Assembly (NCBI RefSeq): GCF_009914755.1
Contig: NC_060947.1
Reading direction: 5' to 3' (one strand)
DNA length: 64,000 nt
Source of the DNA: the human T2T-CHM13v2.0 reference genome, Homo sapiens
The position numbers and the translations under genes are program-made. Below the pieces are notes generated by a model. It searched no databases. It had not been told where the DNA came from and was given only the letters and a program-made list of their open reading frames with translations. This document shows, piece after piece, positions 22,700 through 35,749 of this stretch. Positions within the stretch are counted from its first letter, which is position 1. Every line of letters starts with the position of its first letter.

Positions 22700-22920
22700 A
22701 GTGGAAAGAACATGAGCTCTTTAGACAAACAGATCTGGATTCAAATCCTGTATTCACCATTCACTAGCTGTGTGACCTTGAGTGAGCTACTTAACCCTTC
22801 CTAACTACAGCATTCTCACTGGCAAAAATGGAAGAAATAATAGCAACTACCTCACAGAGTTCCTGGGAGGATTAAATGAGATAACTGATTTAGCATTTAG
22901 CACATAAAAAGCATTAAATC
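22700..22920 (+). mobile_element. MIR SINE
   Basis: CTGGATTCAAATCCTG...CACTAGCTGTGTGACCTTGAGTGAGCTACTTAACC...GAGGATTAAATGAGATAA. Confidence 0.85.
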
Positions 22921-23369
22921 CATGTTAAATAAAAGGTCATAGTTCAGCTTTCTTATGGGTGGGATCTTCACTAGTCCCTAAATGGGTTGGAAGTTGACAA
23001 AAGGTAGTGACCACAGCTTTCTTCTTCCTCATCCCTCTTCAACTTTGCATCTGGTGTAGGGTTTTGTATACAATAGGTGTTCAATTTATTTTGTGGCCTG
23101 GTTGGGCATGATCTAAAGCCGCATGTAGGAACCAACTATGGGAAAGGGAGTGGGTCTTAGGAGGCTGAATTTATTATAATTGGAGAGTCTGGACTGTTAA
23201 TTCTCATGATTAAAAAGAGACCAGGATGATTGTCAGGGATACAGATACATGAAACCTACTATAGGCAAATTTCTCAGAGGGAAAAAATGTGGAAATCATG
23301 GACCCTAAGAGTATGGAGAGAGGGTGGCATCTTGCCTTATACTGAAACAGGGATATGTAATATAAAGGG

Positions 23370-23590
23370 AGTTACAGAGTCAAATAGTCCTGAATTGAAA
23401 TCCAAATTCTACTGCAGAGAATTTGTGCGACCTTGGGCAAATCACCAAATCTTTCAAAGTCTCAGTTTCCCCATCTCTAATGTGGAGATAATAACTCTTG
23501 ACTTCTAGAGTTGTGAAGAAAATTCAATGCACGACCTGTTTTAAATTCCTAGAATAATGTCTGAGACACATTTGGCTACCAAAATATATC
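23370..23590 (+). mobile_element. MIR SINE
   Basis: GTGCGACCTTGGGCAAATCAC...CTCAGTTTCCCCATCTCTAATGTGGAGATAATAAC. Confidence 0.8.
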
Positions 23591-23669
23591 ACTTCCATCT
23601 CTTTCCCTTCCCTTACCCTCCTTTACTATTTTGGACAGCGTGGGGACCTGGGCGTGGGGAAGGAGAGGA

Positions 23670-24555
23670 ATTGTAAACCTTCATGAGGAAGTCCCAAATG
23701 TTTTCTTCACATCCTTGTTCCTCAGACTTTGGACCATGGGGTTGAGCATGAGAATAGCCACTGTGTAAAACAGAGACCAGCATATCTCTGTCTGGTGAAC
23801 ACTTCAAGGATAGGTGCAGGTGAAGGAACACTGTGGTTCCATAGCACAGGCTGACTGCTGTCAGGTGGGAAGCACAAGTGTTTGCCTCAAACCGAGGGCA
23901 TTCTCATAATTAAATGGAGACAAGGAAGATTGTCCGGGACACCGATACATTAAAGCTACTAGAGGCAAAGGTAAGAAGTTGAAGGCCTTGCATGTCAGAG
24001 CAGGAGAGTTTTTAAAGCCTCGGTGGGGGAGGAAATAACAGAATTAATGAATGATGGCACAGACTTACAGAAGATCAGATGAAAGATTGTGCTACTAGGG
24101 AGCACCATGTTCATAGCTGGTGGCCACCAGCTGCAAGCAGAGCTTTGGGGACATGGTGATATGGTAGAGCAGAGGATTGCAGACGGCCTCTTAGCGGTAA
24201 TAGACCATGGAGGCCAGGAGGAAGAACTCGGTGTCAGCAAATATTTTAAAAGCAGCTTAACTGGGCCATGCAACCAGAGAAGGAGAAGACTTGGCAGTCA
24301 GAAAAGAACCCCATTGATATTTTTGGGACTGTTACTGAAGAATAACAGAAGTCAACAGAGGACCAGTTGCTGAGGAAGAAATACATGGGGGTGAGGAATT
24401 GGGGACTGACCACAATGAAGGCAAGGAGGCCCAGGTTTCCATCACCATGACTACATAGATGGGGAGGAAGAGGGCAGAGAAGGTGGGATGAAGCTGAGGA
24501 TCATCAGTCAAGTCCATGAGGAAGAATTCACAATGCATCACAATGGTGAGACACA
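23670..24555 (-). pseudogene. Olfactory receptor pseudogene, family 5-like, multiple frameshifts and stops
   Basis: Minus-strand frames stitch to EFFLMDLTDDPQL..., NLGLLAFIVVSPQFLTPMYFFLSNWSSVDFCYSSVTVPK, FSGCMAQL, DTEFFLLASMVYYR*EAVCNPLLYHITMS, LKLSCSD, TCASHLTAVSLCYGT, MLNPMVQSLRNKDVK. Confidence 0.92.
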
Positions 24556-24704
24556 TAGAGCTCAAGTCTTTAAAGAGAGACCTATGGGGGCTGGGCCTTG
24601 CTTTCCAGGCCATGACACGTCATATGTGTTTACTATGGCAAGTGCTGCATCTGGCTCACTCTTCTCTTGCCACCCTCCAGCCTATTGGCTACAAGGTTTA
24701 AAAG

Positions 24705-24900
24705 CATGAGGATGAACTTTGGAGTCAGAAGAATGGATCAAAATCTCATCTTTGCCACTTACTATCTGCAACCTAGGGCTGCTATCTTAATCTCTCTGAG
24801 TCTTCTCTGTAAACAGGGATAAAACACCTATTTTGTAAGACTGGTTGTGAGGATTGAAGGTGGTGGTGAGTGTATGTAAAATGTCTAGCATGGCATGAGA
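24705..24900 (+). mobile_element. MIR SINE
   Basis: CTTTGGAGTCAGAAG...TTTGCCACTTACTATCTG...CTTAATCTCTCTGAGTC...GGTTGTGAGGATTGAA. Confidence 0.75.
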
Positions 24901-25129
24901 AGAAGAGCAGGTTTCTCAATGAGTTCTAATTATCTTTTTCTTTCCACACTCTCCTTCATCCCAACATTGAACCTGTCCTCAGGTAATGCCCAGCCTAAAC
25001 ATAAAGTCAAGGATACAAATATTACACATAGGAAGGACCCTAGAAACTTCTTAGTCTTTTCATTATCATATTTCATATTGGTTGGCAGGGAGCAGGGGGT
25101 AGGTTGAAGGGCAATATCAAATACTATAG

Positions 25130-25340
25130 TACAGAAGTAAAAGGACAAGCTCGAAGGTCAGCCATGTGTGGGTTAGAATCCATTTCTAACTTGCTAGCTG
25201 TGTGACCTTGAGCAAATGACAACCTGTGTGAGTTTCAGTTTCCTCATCTGTAAGATGCGAGTACCAAGTATTTCCTATTTCATTAATTTACTGTGAAGAT
25301 GAAACGAGATTATTTGTGTAAAGCACTTAGCAAAGTATCT
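25130..25340 (+). mobile_element. MIR SINE
   Basis: CTAGCTGTGTGACCTTGAGCAAATGAC...CAGTTTCCTCATCTGTAAGATG...GTAAAGCACTTAGCA. Confidence 0.85.
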
Positions 25341-25600
25341 GGAAAAAAATTGCCCACAGTTTCCCAGGGGGGTTTGTGGAGTGCCAGAAACTGCAACCCA
25401 GGTGCCCTGACTACAGTATTCTTCACCCTAGGGACCACAGCCTCCGACTTCTCTTCTTTCAGAAATATGGAACCTTTGTCCTCACCAGAACACAGGGGGC
25501 TGTTTCACCCATGGTTTCCTAAGAAATAGCAATCATGAATTCTGCTTAAGGTCATGTCTACCCTTTCTCTTAATCAAGGAGAATGCCAATGTACTTTATA

Positions 25601-25834
25601 ATTTTTTTTATTATACTTTAAGTTCTAGGGTACATGTGCACAACGTGCAGGTTTGTTACATATGTACACATGCGCCATGTTGGTGTGCTGCACCCATTAA
25701 CTCGTCATTTACATTAGGTGTATCTTCTAATGCTCTCCCTCCCCCCTCCCCCCACTCCACGACAGGCCCGGTGTGTGATGTTCCCCTTCCTGTGTCCAAG
25801 TGTTCTCATTGTTCAATTCCCACCTATGAGTGAG
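25601..25834 (-). mobile_element. Short 5'-truncated L1PA (3'UTR only) with TSD
   Basis: TTATTATACTTTAAGTTCTAGGGTACATGTGCACAACGTGCAGG...CCCACCTATGAGTGAG; TSD TGTACTTTAT at 25590-25599 and 25838-25847. Confidence 0.95.
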
Positions 25835-26489
25835 GACTGTACTTTATCTTAATGTTTTTTTTCTGTCAGAACGTGGGGTAGGGAAGGACACACTATAGCA
25901 CTGCAAAAAGGTTTTATATCATTGGATTTAGAGTCAGAACACCTAAGTTTGAGTTCCGATATATACTATTTGAGCTCTATAGTGCTTAGTAAATTCTATC
26001 TGAGTCATAGGACCTTCATCTGTAAAATAAGAATAATAACACTTGCCCTCTAATCTCACAGGTTTGCTGCAAAGATCCAATGAAAGTCTCTAGAAAAATG
26101 CTTTGTAAACTATAAATATAGTCAGAGCAGATACTCAGAGAGTATTACTGAGAACCAAATCACCTTTAGAAAACTTTCGATGACAATTGTTAAATTACTG
26201 CTCTTCAGCCCTCTCCTTCCTGGCTGCTTCCCTGGTACCTGCCAGCCCATTTTGGATTTCATAACACTGGCCTCCATCTTCTTCTGGGCTCCTGGTCAGA
26301 CTATAGAAGATAAAATTAGATTGTTCTCTGGAAATTTTGGGTGCCCCTGTCCCTCTGAGTCTGTGATTGCCTGTTTTTGGTTGGTGTTCTATTACAGTGA
26401 CCTTTACGGCTGCCTTTGGAAAGTGAAGTTTCCACAGAGTATAATACTGGTTGTTAAAAACTTACATTTTATCCTGAATGTAGAAATTG

Positions 26490-26730
26490 CTACCATTAAT
26501 AAAGTACCTAATAGGTGCCACACATTATATTGGGCAATTGCCACAAATCATTTTATTTAATAATCCTAACAACCTTAAGAAGTAATTACTATTATCACTA
26601 CCATCTTTCAAACCAAGCAACTGAGACTTAGAAAATTCCAGTGCCTTACTCAAGGGCTCATAGCTGGGTGCATGTCAGAACTGACATTTAAGCAGACGTC
26701 TGCAACATTCGAATACTATTGTTTTACCCA
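26490..26730 (-). mobile_element. MIR SINE
   Basis: TAATCCTAACAACCTTAAGAAGTAATTACTATTATC...CAACTGAGACTTAGAAAATT...GCCTTACTCAAGGGCTCATAGCT. Confidence 0.65.
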
Positions 26731-26914
26731 TGTTGACTTTTCTGAACATAGTGTCATACACTTAAGGATTATGAAGGTTTTTTTCAAGAGATTTACAAAT
26801 TTATCCTTTCTTTTTATCATGCTAATCTTGGAAATAATCAAGTGGTTTCTATTAATTTTACAGATGATCAATCTAAGCTACAGAAAGTTAAATGCGTTGT
26901 CCATGGGCATACAT

Positions 26915-27245
26915 ACATTCACTCATTCAACAAATATTCACTGGGTCCTTGGTGTGTGCCAGGCAGTGCAATAGGCACTAGGAGTAAAGGAGTAAACAAG
27001 ACTGATCAAGTCTCTATTCTCTTGGACTTCACAATCTAAAGGAAGAGATAGACAACAAACAAATAAAGAAATGCTTTTACATCTCAATAAAATTGCAAAG
27101 AAAGTAAAACAAGCTAACAAACTAGAGAGATCTCAGGGTTTCAAGAGCAACATTAGGTAGAGTGGGAGGGAAAGACTGAGGAGGTGACATTAAAAGCTGA
27201 AATCTGAATGGTGAGGAACTAGCCATAAAAAGATCCAGAGTATGC
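26915..27245 (-). mobile_element. L2 3' end
   Basis: CATTCACTCATTCAACAAATATTCACTGGG...GTGTGCCAGGCAGTGCAATAGGCACTAGG. Confidence 0.8.
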
Positions 27246-30065
27246 ATAAATGCTTAGTGACGAAGTCAAGGATAGAGCCCAGGTCTCCTAAATTCTACAC
27301 AGGGCCACTGTTCCCAATTGGAAGTGTGGCCAAAGTAGAGGTTGACTAGGGGTATGGAATATGTGTGACATTCAAACTCTTGTCTACAAGCATTCCTTTC
27401 CTTTATCACCCACCTTCCTTCTTTGAATGTCTCTAGAAGTTATGAGTATTCACTAGCCACTTTCTTGTTTCTGTACTCATCCAAAATGCTTCAGGCCAGC
27501 TTCAGTAGTTGGGCTTTTTCCAGATGTTCTCTTGGCAGGCACAGAAAAGTTCATGTGCCACAACAGTAAAGCCTCTGGAACTAAGCTCCAATGTATAATC
27601 CTTCCCCATTTCCTCCTCCAGGCTTGGCCATTTCCCTGTAACTGGCAGAATCATTAATATAGCAAAGTTTCTGCCTTCTTGACTGGTCTACTGGGATGCC
27701 CAGAAAAGTAAGCCCAGGGGCTGAGCAGCTGTGACGTCCAACATGGCTGGAGCATTAAGCAGAGCCATCCCCAATGGGGTGTTTTCACTGACTCATACTG
27801 AGAGTGTGGGGACCTGTAGTCACCACTGAGATGTTTTAGGAACAGTTGGAAGAATAAAATTGAGTATGAGATATATTGTGATATAAACTTTTTATCTAAA
27901 ATGCCTTCTTAGTCATATTAAAAAGTCTCAGCCACAATTAAAATACCAGCTCTCTTCCCAAACATAGGGATTCTAGGATTTATGTGCAAAATGGCCAATA
28001 CAGAAGATCTACTAAGAATATATTTCATTTTATGACCTCTCATATCACCTTGTTTATGCAACCCTTTATAAACTGTAAATTACTTTTAAGCATCAAAGAA
28101 TTATTTAATTAGTTTTCATGAGGTCAGTAAAGTTCCTCAGTGCCACTCAGTGTTTTAATAAATATTCTTGTACTTCGGGTGTATGTGGCTGCCAGTTGCC
28201 TTGTACCATCCTTTTCCATTTTTCTCAAATCAGATTTGAGTTGTGCAAGACTTATTTCCATGCATTTGCTTTATTTTGTCAATTAAATCCATGTTTATTA
28301 ACCATCTCTCATGTACTTGTTATTATTCTAGGAGCCAGGGATACAAAATCAAAAGTAAATTAATTTGTATCTCCTATGTACACTCCATTTTCACTCCTAA
28401 GTACATGCCTGCATGCACACACACGTGCATAAGTACACACACACACACACACGCACACACACAACATATACACACAAAGTCTTTTGTTTTTTGAAAGGCA
28501 AAAGCAGCCTCACTCTAGTGCTAGGTCATTAGCAGCTTTTGTAGAAAATATCAAGTTATTATGCATTTTAAGGGCTCGAGCTATTGATTTTAAGGCAAGA
28601 AAATTGCTTAAAAAGTGGACTTTATAAACATCTCTCTTGTGGACCAATTCATTTAATTCTATTGCTTGGTTATGCAGAATTTTGTAGCCCTTTTAAGTAG
28701 AGAAATTATTCTTTTTCTCAAGTTAAATGTAGTACATTAGGTGATATTTGAACCAGTTTATGGGATTCTGCTGTGGCATGATGAGCTGACTTTATGTATT
28801 GAAGAACTCTGTCCCCAAATTTAATTATCTTGAGACATCACCACCACATAGGATAAAATGAGCCATTTTGTTCATTGCATCAGCAGCCTTTGCTGAAATG
28901 GAGGTGATGGGATAACAACTTAAAGGCTAACTCATTAATGCTCAGGGATGAATGAGGTAATGTGTCAGCAGACCAAATTGGTGCCCAAATGTTTTCATCT
29001 AGAGGCCCGTATCTCTTTCCCGCATTGTGATATATTAATGGGGATGTCTTGATCCGTTGTCGCTGCCTGTAGACATTTGAATAACGTAGAAGTAATACCT
29101 TCTGGGCACTCAGGCCTGTGCGCTATCAATTTTTCAAACTCCAAAGGTCTCTCAGTGGATAGAAGCAAAATTCTGATAGTGCCATAAAGTGCCTAATTTA
29201 TAAAGATTCAAACCACGGCATCAGTGCAGTCCCTGCTTTTTTCTGATAGGTGTTTTCTACTGAGCACTGCACCATTCCTAACTATTTGGTGGGGGTAGTG
29301 GAGCAAATTAGTCCTCCAAATTGTGAAGCCTGTGGATTTATGCATAGTTGAAACCATTTCCGTTCTAGCAATGTCTAAGTGGGTGACCTTTCTGACGTTA
29401 ATTTGTTTCTCCATCTGTGCCATGCATTTTGAGAGGACGTGAAGAATAGGCTTGATGATACCCAAATGCATTTCCCCCTATTTTGTATTGCTGTGCTGAT
29501 GGCTTGAAGGAGGAGTTACCTATACTGGGGACAGATTCTGGAGATGTCCTTTCACCAGTGTGCATTGAATGAGGCCAGAAAATTCATCTTCATGGAGCCT
29601 GGAACATGGAAGGTTTTACTGTCCTCCTTGAAATGAATGTCCTCTCTTAGTTATGATGTCATCTGGCCATTTGCTGTCCCAAATTAAATTTTCTCCTACT
29701 CTTCCCTGGCTCCTGAATGTGTTTTGTGTAGCTTGGAGGTTACAATTTCATGTTACATATTTTTAAAAGATTTATTGAGCCAGTCAGTAGAAGGAATTGT
29801 ACTAAATTTAATCACAAAATTTCATGTTATTCTTACAACAACCCTATGAGATAGGTACAATTTTATTTCTATTTTACAGATGAAGAAAGTGAACCAGATA
29901 AAGTAAATAATTTTCCCAGGATCAAATGGGTGGTATGTAACTAAGCCAGGAATGATTATTGAAGTCCTTCTGACTGTACAACGTATGCTATTTCTGCCAT
30001 AGAACACTGAAATCATCTTTTAAGAAAATGTATTTGCCAATCTACTCAGCATTTTTCTTTAAAAT

Positions 30066-30210
30066 GAATAGTTCTCAACACTGGGTGCACATTAAACTCA
30101 TCTAAGAGCTTAAGAACATACTGTACACAGGTTCCATTTTCAGATTCTGCTGTCTGGTTTGGGGCATGGGCATCCATATTTGTAAAAAGTTTCCCAAGTG
30201 ACTCTAATAA
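30066..30210. mobile_element. MER5-type hAT-Charlie DNA transposon fossil
   Basis: AGTTCTCAACACTGGGTGCACATTAAACTCATCTAAGAGCTT...CAGATTCTG...GTTTCCCAAGTGACTCTAAT. Confidence 0.65.
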
Positions 30211-30689
30211 ATTACCAAATTGAAAACTGAATTTAGAGTTTGGGGTAATGAGTTCCTTTTCCTGTTTCCTGTTCAGAAGGAGCATATTTAGCCCTAGTTG
30301 CTTAATTCCTCACAGGATCTGAGCAAGAATTTGTAGCTTTTACTCAATACGACAGTCAGGGAGTGGTCTTTTCACAATGGCTAGGGACTGTTATCTTTGC
30401 ATTCTCACAAGTGCCTCCTTATCTATAGAATCTTGGCCATCATTGAAATGGATTGAAATAGTGACCTGCAACACAGGACAAACTCATGGAATCTTATGAA
30501 GTAAAAGGCATTTCAGGAGTGACTGTAGGCACCATCTTCATCCCTTCCCCACAAAGAGGTTAGGAGAGATACACGCTCTATCATAATTTTCAAAGATATG
30601 TGGTACCTTCATTGAGCGGTACTTTCTGTTTCTTTTATGTAACAAACTTTTATCAAATGTATATGTACCAGGCACTGTTAGTTGTTCTT

Positions 30690-30835
30690 GGCTGAGGTGA
30701 TATTCCCCTTATAAAGGATGTTTGGAATTGTGTCGAATTTTTTTTGATTGACAAAATGATCAGAAGAATTATTATTAAACCACAGCTGTCCAGGGATGCT
30801 AAATGTTCCATAGTGCTCAGGACTGTCTTGAGCAA
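30690..30835. mobile_element. MER20-like hAT DNA transposon fragment
   Basis: CCAGGGATGCTAAATGTTCCATAGTGCTCAGGACTGTC resembles the MER20B core. Confidence 0.5.
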
Positions 30836-31489
30836 TTCTTATAATAAGAGTGATTTCACTCCACATGGCAATAACACCTTTATTGAGAAACAACAATAGA
30901 TAATCTGGATCTGGAGTTCAACATGTTGCCCCTTCAAGGACACTGGCTACAATCACCATCATCCTGCTCCCGCTGAGGCTTTTGGAAGGACTTTTCCGTC
31001 AGTTTTTCAGTCAGCAACTATCAAGTCCTTACTGTACATTGAAGCCTTAACAGGCACTAAGTAAAAGGAAAAAAAAGACAGTCTTTCTTTAACTTCAGAG
31101 AGCTTACAATCTAAGTGGCAAGACAAAATATACACTTATGAATAAGATGAAGAAGATTCCCTAAACAACATGCCAGCTAGTACATATACCAAGCCAAAAG
31201 TGGGTGGTATAATGAAAAGAACATAATATTCAGAGTCCAACAGAACTTAGATCAAATATTGGTCTCAAAGTCTTATTTTTGTCCTATCTTAGGCATGGTA
31301 CTCAACATCTCTGAGTGGCAGTTTTCTAATCTGTAAAATGAAATATTTACCTTGTAGCATTTAAATAAGTATTACAAATAATGCATGTAATTATCTAGTA
31401 CAGCACTGGTAACATAGAAAGTACTCAGTAAACAACATTTTCTGTTAAGATCATAATATAATAAAATGTATTTGACTGAATAACATCAT

Positions 31490-34430
31490 CAGCTAAGTGG
31501 AACTAATTGATATTTGTAGAGCACTCCATCCAACAATAGAGGGATACATTTACCAAAATAGGCTATATCTGAGATCATACACCAAACCATAACACACTTG
31601 AAAATAATTGAAATTACATATAGTATCTGACCATAATTGATTTAAACTAAAAAGCAATAAGAGAAAGATAGCAAAAAAATCTTTAATCACTTGGAAATTA
31701 AGCAACATCCTCTTAAACAATCCATGAATCAAAGAGGCAATCTCAAAGGGAATTAGAAAATATTTGGAATGGAGTAAAAAAGAAAATATACCATATCAAG
31801 AAACAAAAGATAACAAGCGTTGGCAAAGATGTGGTGATACTGAAACCCTTGTACACTGCTGCTGTGGATGCAAAATGGTGCAGCCACTATAAAAAACAGT
31901 ATGGGAGTTTTTCAAAGAATTAAAAATATAACTACTATGTGATCTAGCAATCCCACTTCTGGGTACATATACAAAGGAAATGAAATCAATATGTCCAAGA
32001 GATATCTGCCCTGTCATGTTCATTGCAGCACTATTCATAATAGCCAAGATATAGACAAAACCCTAGTGTCCATTGACAGATGAGTAGATAATGAAATGTA
32101 GTAGTATATCTATGCAATGGGATATCACTGAGCCTTAAAAAGGAAGGAAATCTTGCCATTTGTGACAACACGGATGAACCTGGAGTATTTTGGCATAATG
32201 AAGCACACCAATAAGTTAAGTGGCATATTTCGTGAGATAAGCCAGTCACAAAAGGACAAATAACCATGTTTCCACTTATATGAGGTATCGAAAATAGTCA
32301 AACTGATAGAAGCAGAGAACACAATAGTAGTTGCCAGGGGCTGGGAGGAGAGAAAAATGGGGAATTGTTTAATGGGTTTAAAATTTTATTTATATAAAGT
32401 GAGAAAGTTCTAGAGATTTGCTGTACAACATAGTGCCTATAGTTAACAATACAATATCGTGCACTTCAAAATTTGTTAAGAGGGTAGATCTCATGTTGAG
32501 TGTTCTTATCATAACAACAAAAGCAAAAACAAAGGGACACAAAGAAACTTTGGGAAGTGGTGGATATGTTTAATACCTTGATTGTGGTGATGGTATCATT
32601 GGTGTTTGCATATGTCTACATTAATCAAATTATGCACATTAAATATGTGCAGTGCTTTGTATATCAGTTATACCTCAACAAAGCTGTTAAATGATAAAAT
32701 TTTAAAAAATTAAATTAAATTAATAGAACAGAATAAAAGAAAAAAGAGGGAAGGGAATAAAGGAAGGAAGGAAGAGGGAAGGAAGGACATACTGATAGAA
32801 AAGGAAGAAACTGTCTCTATTTGCAGACAACATGGTTGTCTATGTAGAAAATCCAGGGAATGTAAAAAGAAGACTTCCTAGAACTAATAAATGAGTTCGC
32901 AGTGTCATAGGATGCAAGGTCGACACAAAATTTAATTGTATTTCTAAATACAAGCAATGAACAATTGAGAATCAAAAGTATAACAATATATATGCACCAC
33001 CTTTTAAAATGGCTCTAACAATGAAATAGTTAAGTATTAATGTAACATAATTTGTGCAAGATCTGTATGCTGAACACTATATAATGCTGATGAAAGATAT
33101 CAAAAAAGACCTAAATAAATGGTGGGACATACCATGAGTATGGATTGGAGGATTCAATGTAATAAAGGTATCAATTATCTCTAAAGTGATCTATAGATTT
33201 AATGCAATAGTAATAAAAGTCCCAGCAGGTTTTTTGTTGCTATTGTTGCTGTAGACAACAGGAATTTCTAAAACTCTAAATTATAAAATTTGTATGAAAG
33301 GACAAGAAAAATAAAATAGCTAAAACAATTTTGAAAAAAAAGAACAAAGTTGAAGGACTCGTACTACTCATTTTAAGACTTACTATAAAGGTACAGTAAT
33401 GAATACAGTGTGCACTGACAAAGAAATAAACACATCAATGGAAAAGAATGGAGAGTTCAGAAATAGACCCATACAAATATGGACATTTAATCTTTGAAAA
33501 AGGTGTAAAAGCAATTCATTGGGGAAAGAGTAGTCTTTTCAACAAATAGAACAAGTAGTCATTCATACACAAAAAATCGAAAATGAACCTTGACTTTAAC
33601 CTCACACTTACACAAAGATTAATTGAAAATGGTGGATATATATAAAAATCAAACCCAAATCTTTAAAACTTTTGGACGACATAGGTAAAAACCCATATAA
33701 CCTGCATTTGGATGAAAAATTCTTAGAGAGAAAATCAAAACACAATACCTAAAACCAAAAAAGTAGATAAATAATTCTTTGTTAAAATTAAAACCTTTTT
33801 CCCTTTCAAGGGCACTGTCATGAAAATAAAAAGGGAAGCTAAAGACTGAGAAAAAATATTTGCCATTCATATATCCAACAAAGGATTTTTATTTAGAGTA
33901 TATAGATAACTATGAAAACTCAACAGTAAAATCATCAAATTAGAGAATGGGCAAAAGGCATGAACAGACATTTCACTGAAGAGGGTATACAGATGGCAAA
34001 TACATGCAGGAAAGGATGTTCAACATCATTAGCCTTTAGGTGAATGCAAATTAAAAGCAAGATAAGGTAACATTATGCAACTATTAGAATGTCTTAAAAA
34101 TACTGGAGTACAAGAGCTGGTGAGGATGTGGAGCAACTGGAATTCTTTTACATTGCCGCTGGGAATACAAAATGGTACAGCCACTCTAGAAAATAGATTG
34201 GTAGTTCCTTGTTATGTTAAACATGCACTTAACCATATGACCAAGTCATTGAATTCTCAGTCATTTTTCCCAGAGCAATAAAAACATATATTCAGAGAAT
34301 AACCTGGACATAATTGTTAATAGCAGCTTTGTTCATAACAGTGAAAAACTGGAAACAATCTAAATGTCCTTCAAAGGGTGAGTGGTTAAACAGACTGTGG
34401 TACAACCATATATTGGAAAATACTCAGCAA
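31490..34430 (+). mobile_element. Nested old L1 (L1M) ORF2/3' fragments
   Basis: A-rich degraded ORF2 (TTGGAAATTAAGCAACATCCTCTTAAACAATCCATGAATCAAAGA; TCTATTTGCAGACAACATGG, FADDM-like) with an L1MA/MB 3' end nested at ~31795-32700. Confidence 0.8.
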
Positions 34431-35749
34431 AAGAACATTTATGCCTTGGAGGCTCTTAAAGCCTCAGACAAATGCACATAAATGTAAAAGGTATACAGAT
34501 AACAAAATAAAGGTATTTGACTAATTCAAGGAAAGTCAAGGTGATTCTACTGCCATGTTGTGGATGAGGACTTCTAGTGGTGGAATGGAAGGGCTTGGGA
34601 AATAGAGAAACATGATTCAGGGAGGCAGTCATTGGACATTTATTGAGTGCCTTCTGAGCTATGAAGTGCACTAACACAGCAATGGGGACTAGTACGCTTA
34701 AGATTTATTATACAACAAGGAAATGTGTAAGTAATTGCAATAGGAAATCAGGTCCCAGTCATGCAGGGCTTATAGATAAAGTGCATTCATAACAAGTTGG
34801 GTGTAAAGAAAATAGCCTGCCATACATAAAATCATATTTTCTGACTGACTGCCATTACGACTGGAGAGAGGTAGGATTTTTATTTCACTCCAGCTAACAT
34901 AAACATCACATTCCAGGCTGCAAATTGTTGATTCAAAAAACATGCTGACTTTGTTGCTACATATAAGGTTTAAGTCTCTCATAATCTCTGTCAGAAGCAA
35001 GTCAAATGGTCAATCAAGCCACTTTAAATTTCAAGCTCTTTTAAAGCACCGTAGGATGATATACCGCCAAGCTAATTCTCATTTAATAGGAATCTCCCTG
35101 ATCTCAGGTCACAAATATATAGTGGAAAAGGCACACGCTCTGGAAATATACATAGGATCCCAGTGGTACTGTAGCTCCACCATCATACCATTTGTGTGAC
35201 CTTGAGATTTAACCTCTCTGAGCCTCAGTTTACTGTATGATGGACTTTGTTTCATGGTATCATGATATATAAGAAATCAGCTATGTCACTGAAGAAAATG
35301 GTACAAGTTTGCACCTATGCAAGTCATGCAGAGATTTCTGAGATTCAGTAAAAACAATAAAGTAGGCCCAATTTGCATATTGACATTTTAATAACCAAGA
35401 TTTGAACATGCCTCTTATTATCAAGTAAGTCTTCCATTGCTAGTAGTGTATTAAATTTAATGCTTGTAAAATGCATAAAGAATCTGCATTAAGGGAATAT
35501 GTACACAATGTTTACTTTTAATGAACTAGTCAGTGATACCTCAAATGGTTTAATAAACATTTTCATCTGAACAGAAAATAAAGAGCAATGAGTGGAATTC
35601 TGAAAAAAAATGATTATCAATAATTTGTTTTTCAGATTAGTTATGGGATGATAATGACCTTAAAATGATGGGGTAGCAGCAGATGGTTGGACAGCACAGG
35701 CTTACTAAGTTCACATTGGAGTTAGAGAAATCAGGGAGTTTAAAGTTGG

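Noticed and set aside
23995-24709. Several 60-94 aa ORFs on both strands
   Set aside because: Off-frame or antisense readings of the OR5-like pseudogene.
29208-29471. 87-aa minus-strand ORF in unique sequence
   Set aside because: No recognisable homology; length within chance expectation.
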